The notes beneath the pieces were generated by a model that saw only the letters and a program-made list of their open reading frames with translations, ran no database searches and had not been told where the DNA came from. From Candidatus Falkowbacteria bacterium (lineage in GTDB: Bacteria > Patescibacteriota > Patescibacteriia > Patescibacteriales > WJLG01), in contig CAVVFV010000008.1 of the NCBI GenBank assembly GCA_963747695.1, forward strand, positions 139,592-203,591: DNA of 64,000 nt, in the 5' to 3' direction. Shown here one piece after another: positions 9,259 to 17,457 of the stretch (its first letter is position 1; each line of letters starts with the position of its first letter). Made by a program: the position numbers and the translations under genes.

Positions 9259-11010
9259 ATGAGAAAATTTTTCTTCTCGTTAATTTTAGTTGGGTTAGTC
9301 GCTGCCAGCGCGCTTTTGGCGACTCCGGCTTTTTCCGCTTCCGGAGGCTCGTTTTATCTTTCCCCATCCACCGGTACGGAATTTTTGAACAGTAAATTTA
9401 CCGTCGCCATCGATTTGAGTACAGGCGGTCAAAGCATCAATGCCGGCCAGGCATCGCTGACCTATGATAAATCTTTGCTTAAAGTTTTGAGCATCTCCAA
9501 GGGCTCGGTGTTCAGTCTTTGGACGGAAGAACCGACTTTTTCAGCGGGAGCCGGCACGATCGATTTTGGCGGCGGCGTGCCGCGTCCCGGCTATAGCGGC
9601 AACGGCGGTACGGTTTGCGTCATCACCTTTCAAGCCATCAAGTTGGGAACGGCGGCGGTGAATTTCACTTCCGGCGATCTTTTGGCCAACGACGGCCTGG
9701 GCACGAATATTTTGTCCAGCATGGGCTCAGCCAGTTTCAATATTACTCCCAAAGTAACGGCGCCGACGCCAGCGCCGACTCCGAATCAACCCGCTCCCAC
9801 GCCGACCCCAGCGCCGGTGGAAACCGCCGCCTATAACCGTCCGGTGATAACTTCCGCTACTCATCCCGATCAGACTAAATGGTATAAGGTCAAGACGGCT
9901 GATTTTGCCTGGAATTTGCCCGATGGGGCCACCGGCGTCAGCGTTGCCTTTGATCAAAAATCCGACACTGAACCGGGTAATGTTTCCGACGGTTTGTTCA
10001 ATAGTAAAGAATACACGGTCAATAATGACGGCAGCTGGTATATTCACGTCAAAGTCAAAGATAACCAGGGCCATTGGGGCACGGCCGGCCATTTCCGGGT
10101 GAACGTCGATTCCACCCCGCCGGCTGATTTCACCTTATCCGTGAAGCAAGAAGACCCTAATGATTGGCCGACGCTTAATTTCCAAACGACTGATGCTTTA
10201 TCCGGTTTGGACAGATATGAGATTTTGATCGACAGCTTGTCGGCGGCGCCGATCGTTTTGACGGCCGATAAAACTTCCTATAAATTGACCGATTTGGCGG
10301 TCGGTTCGCATACGGTGGCGGTCAAGGCGATCGATCTGGCCGGTAATGAAACGATGGCCAATCTGACTTTCGAATTCAACGCGGTAGCCACGCCGGTGAT
10401 TAAAAATTATTCCGCGGAATTAAAATCAAGCGACAAGTTCTTCATCAGCGGCACAGCCAATCCTTCTAATACGATCAATGTCTATATCCAGGGAGAAGGC
10501 CAGGCTCAGCCGGATCTTAGCAGCGTAAAAAGCGACGCTGACGGAAATTGGTTTTCGGTCGCGGCCAAGAATTACTCCAATGGCCAATATACCGCCTGGG
10601 TGGAAGCGGTGAATCCTAACGGTTTGAAGAGCAAACAGAGCACCAAGGTCAGCTTCCTGGTTACGGCGCCGATCTTCGCCCGGATCGGTTCATTCGTCTT
10701 GAATTATTTCACCGTGATCGTCTCGCTGCTCTTCATCATCGTTTTGATCGTTGCGTTGTTGATCTGGATCTGGGAATTCGTCCGCAAAAGATTAAAGAAA
10801 GAGACTTTAGAAATTGAAGACGTCCTGGAAAAAAATATCGAAGAATTGAAGATCGCCGTCTCTGAAGAGATCGATGATCTCTGCAAGATGAATCGCTCCG
10901 AATTCACCCGCGGCAAGGGCCGAGTGAAAGATATCTTGTATGAGCATATCGACGAAACCAACAAAAGGATCCTGAAGGAAATCAAGGACGTGGAGAAAAT
11001 TTTGAAATAA
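9259..11010 (+). CDS. cohesin-like domain protein, Pro/Thr linker, C-terminal TM and coiled-coil tail
   Basis: 583 aa with SD aaggag 6 nt upstream and a signal peptide ..PAFSA. GSFYLSPSTG..FTVAIDLSTGGQSINAGQASLTYDKSLLKVLSISKGSVFSLWTEEPTFSAGAGTIDFGGG, then a TPAPTPNQPAPTPTPAP linker and a TM near residue 480. Confidence 0.7.
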   Translation: MRKFFFSLILVGLVAASALLATPAFSASGGSFYLSPSTGTEFLNSKFTVAIDLSTGGQSINAGQASLTYDKSLLKVLSISKGSVFSLWTEEPTFSAGAGTIDFGGGVPRPGYSGNGGTVCVITFQAIKLGTAAVNFTSGDLLANDGLGTNILSSMGSASFNITPKVTAPTPAPTPNQPAPTPTPAPVETAAYNRPVITSATHPDQTKWYKVKTADFAWNLPDGATGVSVAFDQKSDTEPGNVSDGLFNSKEYTVNNDGSWYIHVKVKDNQGHWGTAGHFRVNVDSTPPADFTLSVKQEDPNDWPTLNFQTTDALSGLDRYEILIDSLSAAPIVLTADKTSYKLTDLAVGSHTVAVKAIDLAGNETMANLTFEFNAVATPVIKNYSAELKSSDKFFISGTANPSNTINVYIQGEGQAQPDLSSVKSDADGNWFSVAAKNYSNGQYTAWVEAVNPNGLKSKQSTKVSFLVTAPIFARIGSFVLNYFTVIVSLLFIIVLIVALLIWIWEFVRKRLKKETLEIEDVLEKNIEELKIAVSEEIDDLCKMNRSEFTRGKGRVKDILYEHIDETNKRILKEIKDVEKILK

Positions 11011-11023
11011 TAGTTTTTATAAA

Positions 11024-11049
11024 AAAATCACCTTTCATCGGGTGATTTT
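11024..11049 (+). terminator. rho-independent terminator
   Basis: aaatcacc-tttcatcg-ggtgattt followed by a T run, just after the stop at 11010. Confidence 0.6.
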
Positions 11050-11127
11050 TGTTTGGCAGAATAATGGTGATTAGGTACTTAGTCGATTAGGTGCTTAGAG
11101 TATCTTTGATTCTGTTTATGCAAATTT

Positions 11128-11184
11128 GTCCCCTCCTTGGGAGGGGTGCCGATCCCGCCAAGGCGGGAGAGGCGGGGTGGGTCT
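11128..11184. repeat. GC-rich double mini-hairpin element
   Basis: cccctcc-ttg-ggagggg (11130..11146) and tcccgcc-aa-ggcggga (11153..11168), followed by gaggcggggtgggt. A closely similar string occurs inside copA at 53746..53789. Confidence 0.7.
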
Positions 11185-11194
11185 ATTCCTGACA

Positions 11195-11440
11195 ATATTT
11201 TGCAATTTTTTTCTAAAAAAAGTTGCACATCCCGCAAAAATGACGGGACAAGAAAAATCGCGTGCAGGCCTTATTTCCTATCACTCCGCTATCCCGCCGA
11301 GGCGGGACTAGCAAAATCGCTATACTCGTCGGCGCGGCGCCTCCTGCCTACAACGCGATTTTGCACGGTTTCCCTGTCCCGCCAGCGGCGGTGATACGCT
11401 GCGTGATTACGGAAATTTTCCAATGCGCGCTACAAGGATC
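11195..11440. repeat. conserved non-coding element, copy 1 (candidate structured RNA)
   Basis: Shares blocks with 17458..17655 (tttcctatcactccgct, ctcgtcggcgcggcgcctcct, tttgcacggtttc, acgctgcgtgattacggaaattttccaatgcgcgc). Indels between copies break every reading frame. Confidence 0.6.
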
Positions 11441-11531
11441 ATTTTTTTTAAAAGTAAAAAATAAAAACCGCCTTTTTAAAAAGGTGATTTTTTAGTTTCC
11501 TAAGCACCTAATTGACTAATTTCCCAATTGC

Positions 11532-12062
11532 CTAATCAACTATCGTCTGTCCGCCCAAATTTTTCAAGACATTCGTGCCATAGCCATCATTGGCCAGCAC
11601 CAACGAATCAGGGCTCAAGCCAAGATCGGCTCTTCCGGCGCTAATTTGTTTGAACGTCAAAGAAACGACATTACTCATTTTGTCTGTTCCCGGAAAAGGG
11701 GCGACACAGCTGATTTTTATTTTTCCCAGAACGTTATCAATTTTTTCTTCCACAAAAAAAGAGCAAAAAGAATTGTCTTTGCTCAAGCTGGCTAAAGATA
11801 ATTTGTCGGCCGGGAAGGATATTTCAGTGGAAACGGTATTGATTTGCTCGCCAGCGGGGTCAACCACCAGATCAACAGTGAAGGTTTGATCAGTTTTTGC
11901 CCGCACCGGGGTCAAAAAAAGAGCTGAAGAGGAGGTTTCCGGGTTCAACTTGGGGCCGCGGTAATAAAAAGTTTCGGCTGAAGCAGGTTTGATTACCGCA
12001 AATATAAACAGGGCTATCGTTGCCAGAAATAGCGCCTTTTTGGCTTTTACCATGGGGTGCAA
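11532..12062 (-). CDS. secreted cohesin-like domain protein
   Basis: 176 aa with a signal peptide (..IKPASA). TFTVDLVVDPAGEQINTVSTEISFPADKLSLASLSKDNSFCSFFVEE follows the cohesin-like pattern. Confidence 0.6.
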   Translation of the reverse strand: MHPMVKAKKALFLATIALFIFAVIKPASAETFYYRGPKLNPETSSSALFLTPVRAKTDQTFTVDLVVDPAGEQINTVSTEISFPADKLSLASLSKDNSFCSFFVEEKIDNVLGKIKISCVAPFPGTDKMSNVVSLTFKQISAGRADLGLSPDSLVLANDGYGTNVLKNLGGQTIVD

Positions 12063-12335
12063 AAGCTTTATAGGGTCTGTCGTCGAATGCTCTTTTAGCC
12101 CGAATTTGAAGATTATGGCGAAAACGGCATTCGGCGACAGACCCTTGATACTTCTCCGACAAAAAAGAAGTCCTCCTTTTGAAAAGTTCTTAAATTAAGG
12201 GTATAGTTATATTATAGCACCTTAGAGGGGAATTAAGAATTAAGATTTAATAATTAAGAATTTTTAGCCAAAAAATATGGTTGTCGTGGTATTTTTTAGC
12301 CTTAAATCCTAATTCTTAATTTTTAGAGCCTTCCT

Positions 12336-13025
12336 ATGCCTTATCGATATTCATTGCTGATATTATTGGCGTTTTCATCTTTTCTTCTTACGGCCTGCTC
12401 GACTGACAATCAACCGCCGGCGCGAAAAGTGCCTGAAGTATTGCTGGGGACTGATTGCGGTTTTGACAAGCTGAAGTGCTGTTCGACCACGCCGATTTGC
12501 AGTTACGGACAGCAATGTTGCATCGATCCGAATAACTCAACCGAGAATTATTGCGATGATAACTGCAATTGCGGCAATAATGAAGAATTTTGCTGTGCCG
12601 GTAATCAATGCAATGGCAATAATGTCTGCGTGGACGGTCTTTGCGCGGCTTGTGGTGATAAGGACCAGGTTTGCTGTACGACCGGCGCGGGCTGTTCAGC
12701 CGGATTAGTTTGTCAGAATAATAAATGCGCCGAATGCGGAATCAATGGCGGCCCCTGTTGCCCCGGATCGAGCTGCTTGCCTAAAACCGGGCAAATGGCC
12801 GAATGTTTGAATAATATTTGCGCTAACTGCGGTTTCGACGGTAATCCATCTTGTACGACCGGCGATAAATGCTTGCCCGGACAGCTGCTGACCGGAAAAA
12901 TCTGCCAACGTTGCGGCGGAAGCAACCAACCTTGCTGTGATTCTTCTTCCGGTACCGGTTATGATTGTGATCCCGCCGTGGCGGGATTGAAATGCGAACT
13001 GGGATTCTGCGCGGCAGGAAATTAG
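12336..13025 (+). CDS. Cys-rich repeat lipoprotein
   Basis: 229 aa with lipobox LLTAC. At least four tandem modules built around CxxCG..(P/V)CC: CAACGDKDQVCC, CAECGINGGPCC, CANCGFDGNPSC, CQRCGGSNQPCC. Confidence 0.65.
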   Translation: MPYRYSLLILLAFSSFLLTACSTDNQPPARKVPEVLLGTDCGFDKLKCCSTTPICSYGQQCCIDPNNSTENYCDDNCNCGNNEEFCCAGNQCNGNNVCVDGLCAACGDKDQVCCTTGAGCSAGLVCQNNKCAECGINGGPCCPGSSCLPKTGQMAECLNNICANCGFDGNPSCTTGDKCLPGQLLTGKICQRCGGSNQPCCDSSSGTGYDCDPAVAGLKCELGFCAAGN

Positions 13026-13183
13026 TTGATTAGTTAATTAGTCAATTAGTTGTCTTGTTTTAACAATTTGATAATTTAATTTCCTCAACTAAGTACCTAA
13101 TTAACTAATCAACTAATTCCAATTTTTTCTTGAACAAAGCCAAAAAAAATGTTAAAATATTCGAATAGAGATAAGTTTGAAAT

Positions 13184-14776
13184 ATGAATATTGTCATCGA
13201 TTTAACGCCATTTTTGAATTTTTTCAGCCAATCGCCGGATGTCATCGCCGCCCAGCTGCTTTTTTATTTTGGCTGGATTCCGATTGCCATCACCTTCCTC
13301 TGGGGATCGTTCAAGCTTTGGATTTTTTTTCGCCAGAACCAGTACGCGGCCAAGAACGGCAAATATACCCTCTTGGCCATTGATATACCCCGCGGCAACG
13401 AGCAATCGCCCCGGGCCGTGGAAAATTTATTCGCTTATCTGGCCGGAGCGCACGCCTCCATCAATCTGATCGAGCAATATTACGAGGGAAAATTTCAGAT
13501 GGGATTTTCTTTTGAGATCATCAGTACCGGCGGCTATACCCAATTCTTGATCCGGACGCCCATTCCCCAGCGCGATCTGGTCGAATCCGCCATTTACGCG
13601 CAATATCCGGACGCGGAAATAACCGAAGTTGACGATTACGTCACGCCTTTCAATAATGTCCGATTCCCTAATGATAAATATGAGATTATGGGGGCCGAGT
13701 TCATTCTGTCCCAGCCCAGGGCTTATCCGATCAAGACTTACGAAGAATTTGAACATCAGATGGGAGAGCCGGAAACTCATTTTAAGGATCCGATGGCCGC
13801 TTTGATGGACCTCTGTTCCAGCCTGCTGCCCGGGGAAAATCTTTGGTATCAGATGATCATCATTCCGATCGGTTTTGATTGGATGGAGGAACTGGATCTG
13901 GAAGTCAGCAAGATCTTGGGCGAAAAACCGAAATTCAAGAAAAACATTTTGCATTATGGCGCCGATGCCGCCTTGGGGATGATCTCGGCGGCAGGGAGCG
14001 CGGTGATGGGGCCGACCGAGGCTGTAGAAAAAAAAGTGGAGAAGAAAGATGATGTGCTGAAGATGATGCAGCTGAAACCCAAACAGAAAAAAAGAGTCGA
14101 GGGCATCGAGAAAAAATCCGGTAAAATCGCTTTTCATTTTAAGATCAGGGTAGTTTATCTGGCGGAAAAAGAAATTTTTAACAAAGCCAAAGTTTTTGGC
14201 GGTTTTGTCGGATTTATGAAGCAGTTCGCGGCGTTGGATTCCAATAATTTGAAACCGGATATGGATAAAACCGCGACCACGGCCAACTATTTGTTTCGGA
14301 AGAGCAATCTGAATCGCAAAAAGAATAATATTTTAAAATATTATATCAAGCGCGACGCGACCGCCGGCCGGAAACGCGGCCTGATGAATATCGAAGAACT
14401 GGCGACGATTTGGCATTTTCCGAATATGGGTACGGTTAAGGCGCCGCTGATTCAAATGGCGCCGGGCCGCAAAGCCGAACCGCCGATGACGCTGCCGCAA
14501 GCGGACGAAAGAGTCAGCGAAGAAAAAGCCGAGCCGTTGTTTCTGGGAGAACTGCAGGAAGAAACCGGTGCGGCAATCGGGTCCGCTCCAGCTGCACCTA
14601 ACCCGGAAAAATCAGCCGCTGCCCCGGAAGAACCGGATTTCACCAAGGCTTCTCCCTCTGTCCCGCCCAGCGGGACTGCGGCGGACAAGCCGGCTGACAA
14701 GCCCGAACCGTTTGCCGATGAAGAGCCAACTGATGAAAACCGGGGAGGGCCGCCGGAAAACCTGCCTTTCGTCTAA
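13184..14776 (+). CDS. hypothetical membrane protein (partner of downstream ATPase)
   Basis: 530 aa with an N-terminal TM pair (LLFYFGWIPIAITFLWGSFKLWIFF), a long soluble region and a Pro/Ala/Glu-rich low-complexity tail. Confidence 0.6.
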   Translation: MNIVIDLTPFLNFFSQSPDVIAAQLLFYFGWIPIAITFLWGSFKLWIFFRQNQYAAKNGKYTLLAIDIPRGNEQSPRAVENLFAYLAGAHASINLIEQYYEGKFQMGFSFEIISTGGYTQFLIRTPIPQRDLVESAIYAQYPDAEITEVDDYVTPFNNVRFPNDKYEIMGAEFILSQPRAYPIKTYEEFEHQMGEPETHFKDPMAALMDLCSSLLPGENLWYQMIIIPIGFDWMEELDLEVSKILGEKPKFKKNILHYGADAALGMISAAGSAVMGPTEAVEKKVEKKDDVLKMMQLKPKQKKRVEGIEKKSGKIAFHFKIRVVYLAEKEIFNKAKVFGGFVGFMKQFAALDSNNLKPDMDKTATTANYLFRKSNLNRKKNNILKYYIKRDATAGRKRGLMNIEELATIWHFPNMGTVKAPLIQMAPGRKAEPPMTLPQADERVSEEKAEPLFLGELQEETGAAIGSAPAAPNPEKSAAAPEEPDFTKASPSVPPSGTAADKPADKPEPFADEEPTDENRGGPPENLPFV

Positions 14777-14857
14777 TGAAAAATGAAAAAGTCAAAATAC
14801 AAAAGTATTGAAAAAATACATTAATTTTTAATTTTGAGATTTACATTTTAAAATAAA

Positions 14858-16633
14858 ATGATTAACAGCGAGATAACTACATTTGCTGAGACCACCTTTC
14901 GTAACAGAAAGATCAAGTTCGGCATCAAAACCGACGACCGCCGCCGTCATATGTATTTGATCGGTAAAACCGGCATGGGCAAGTCGACGATTTTGGAAAA
15001 TATGATCGTGGCCGATATCCGCGCCGGGAAAGGCGTGGCGGTGGTCGATCCGCACGGCGATCTGGCCGAAAAAGTGATGCAATATATTCCCACCGAGCGG
15101 ATCAAAGATATCATTTATTTCAATCCGACGGATACGGAATTCCCCATCGCTTTTAATATCGTGGAAGCGGTAGATATCAAAGTACGGCACTTGGTCGCGT
15201 CCGGATTAGTCGGAGTCTTCAAAAAGCTTTGGGCTGATTCCTGGGGGCCAAGATTGGAATATATTTTACGTAACGCGATTTTGGCGGTTTTGGATTATCC
15301 CAATTCCACTTTGCTTTCGGTAATCCAAATGCTCTCCGACAAAGCTTATCGCAAAAAAGTCATGGCCGAGGTCAAGGATCCGGTGGTCAAATCTTTTTGG
15401 TTGAAAGAATTCGCCAGCTATGCCGACAAATTCGCCTCCGAGGCGGTCTCACCGATCCAGAATAAAGTCGGCCAATTTTTGTCGAGCTCGCTGATCCGCA
15501 ATATCGTCGGCCAGACCCGGTCTTCGATCGATGTCCGCGCGGCGATGGACCAGGGAAAAATTTTGATCTTGAATTTGTCCAAGGGCCATATCGGCGAAGA
15601 TAATTCGGCGCTTTTGGGCGCGATGATGATCACCAAGATCCAGCTGGCGGCGATGAGCCGGGTCGATATTCCCGAAAAAGAAAGAAAAGATTTTTATCTT
15701 TACATCGATGAGTTTCAGAATTTTTCGACCGAATCATTTGCGACGATCCTTTCCGAAGCGCGGAAATACCGGTTGAATCTGATCATCGCCCACCAATATA
15801 TGGAGCAGCTGACCGACGAAGTCAAGGCGGCCGTGTTCGGTAACGTCGGCACCCTGGTCGCTTTTCGCGTCGGCGCCGTTGATGCTGAGGAGTTGGTCAA
15901 GGAATTTACGCCAATCTTCGAGGAAGAAGACATTCTTAATTTGCCCAAGTACGAATTTTATATCAAATTAATGATTGATGGCGTGGCCTCATCGCCTTTT
16001 TCCGCGCGCGGGTTGCCGCCTTTGTCCGATGAAGAGCGAACTAATAATTTGCAGAAGGCGATTGACTGGACGCGGCAGACGTATGCTAAACCGCAGAAGG
16101 AAGTGGAAGAAGAGATTATGAGGATTCATTTTGCCGAAGAACCGGCTAAGCCGCCGGTAACCCCGGGGAGGGAAATCAAGTCGGCAGCGGATATTCCCCG
16201 GCCAAGTCCGGTATTGCCGAAAGCCGAACCCCGGGCCAAGCCGAAAGCGGGCGGAATTTTGTTTGATGCCAAATGCGCTTCTTGCGGCAGTCCGACCAAA
16301 GTTCCTTTTAAACCCGATCCGAGTCGGCCGGTTTATTGTAAGAATTGCTTATCCGAATTAAAAAAGAAAAAGCGCGATGGCGTCGTCGATCGTCCCGTCA
16401 AGAAAGACCGGATTGATCTTTCCCGAATTTCTCCTTCGACGCTGCTGGCGCGGGGAGCGGTGTCTACCGGGGCGAATGAGGAAGGTTACGTTTCGCTGGC
16501 CAAGCTGAAAGAAACCGGCCTGTCCAATTTTGCCCGAAAACCTAAAGTTGAAAATAATCCTCCGCCAGCGGTTGAAGCGTCGAAGAATCCGGAAAAAGAT
16601 CTGGCCGAAGGCGAGGATATAATATTCGAATAG
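14858..16633 (+). CDS. P-loop ATPase of the TraD/VirD4/HerA-like kind with C-terminal zinc ribbon
   Basis: Walker A LIGKTGMGKST and Walker B FYLYIDEFQNF. C-terminal CASCGSPTKVPFKPDPSRPVYCKNC. Confidence 0.7.
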   Translation: MINSEITTFAETTFRNRKIKFGIKTDDRRRHMYLIGKTGMGKSTILENMIVADIRAGKGVAVVDPHGDLAEKVMQYIPTERIKDIIYFNPTDTEFPIAFNIVEAVDIKVRHLVASGLVGVFKKLWADSWGPRLEYILRNAILAVLDYPNSTLLSVIQMLSDKAYRKKVMAEVKDPVVKSFWLKEFASYADKFASEAVSPIQNKVGQFLSSSLIRNIVGQTRSSIDVRAAMDQGKILILNLSKGHIGEDNSALLGAMMITKIQLAAMSRVDIPEKERKDFYLYIDEFQNFSTESFATILSEARKYRLNLIIAHQYMEQLTDEVKAAVFGNVGTLVAFRVGAVDAEELVKEFTPIFEEEDILNLPKYEFYIKLMIDGVASSPFSARGLPPLSDEERTNNLQKAIDWTRQTYAKPQKEVEEEIMRIHFAEEPAKPPVTPGREIKSAADIPRPSPVLPKAEPRAKPKAGGILFDAKCASCGSPTKVPFKPDPSRPVYCKNCLSELKKKKRDGVVDRPVKKDRIDLSRISPSTLLARGAVSTGANEEGYVSLAKLKETGLSNFARKPKVENNPPPAVEASKNPEKDLAEGEDIIFE

Positions 16634-16792
16634 TTAATTAGTTAATTAGGTACTTAGTTTTCTTATAATTTGATTTATCATAGTAAATTAGCGTAATCTT
16701 ACTGGAAAATGTTTTTTAATTAATTTGATAATAAATAGTAGAACATTCTAATCTCTAGTCAACTAATTAACCAATCAACTAATCGACTAACT

Positions 16793-17452
16793 ATGAGTTT
16801 TACTCATTTTTTTAGTATCAAGAATATCGTGGATACTTTCGCTTTATTTTACGTCAACGATTATCCTTTTTTGATGATGGTTTGGAATTTATTTTTGGCT
16901 TTGATACCTTTCGGATTGTTTTTGCTATTTTCTTCCTATTGGCAAAAAACCAAATTTAAAAAAAGCGGCCAAAAAATTTGGGCCGTAATAATTTTTTTGT
17001 TTTGGTTTATCTTTTTGCCCAATGCCGCTTATCTGGTGGTGGGCAACCGCCATCTGCTGAATTTCTGCCCGGCCGACTCGCCGAACAGCGTTTGCGTCCC
17101 GGGAACCTGGCAGATAATGTTCTTTTTTGTCTATAGCGTTTTAGGCTGGGTGCTGTTCACTATTTATTTAGTCCAGATGCGGGAACTGTTGGCGAAGATT
17201 TTCAACCCTAAAATATCGCGCAATTTGATCTATATTTTTATCCCCTTTGTCGCTTGGGCGGTGCTTTTGGGTTTGATCGAGCGTTACAACAGTTGGGATA
17301 TCTTTATCAATCCCTTGGCAATTTCGGCTAATCTGCTAAGCTATTTTACTGATTGGGATTATTTCCGCAATTGGCTGGTTTTCACCGCCGGCTACTATAT
17401 ATTATACATTTGGGGAGAACTGTTGTTTAGAAAAAAAATCAAGAATGGTTAA
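16793..17452 (+). CDS. polytopic membrane protein, DUF1361-like
   Basis: 219 aa with 5-6 TM. ERYNSWDIFINP resembles the conserved R-x-NSWD motif of DUF1361, from memory only. Confidence 0.55.
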   Translation: MSFTHFFSIKNIVDTFALFYVNDYPFLMMVWNLFLALIPFGLFLLFSSYWQKTKFKKSGQKIWAVIIFLFWFIFLPNAAYLVVGNRHLLNFCPADSPNSVCVPGTWQIMFFFVYSVLGWVLFTIYLVQMRELLAKIFNPKISRNLIYIFIPFVAWAVLLGLIERYNSWDIFINPLAISANLLSYFTDWDYFRNWLVFTAGYYILYIWGELLFRKKIKNG

Positions 17453-17457
17453 TGAGT

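Noticed and set aside
11126-11495. Small ORFs 11126..11311, 11137..11394, 11262..11495 and 17452..17682 across the conserved non-coding element.
   Set aside because: The two element copies differ by indels that are not multiples of three, so no reading frame is shared. Conservation follows nucleotide blocks and stems, not codons.
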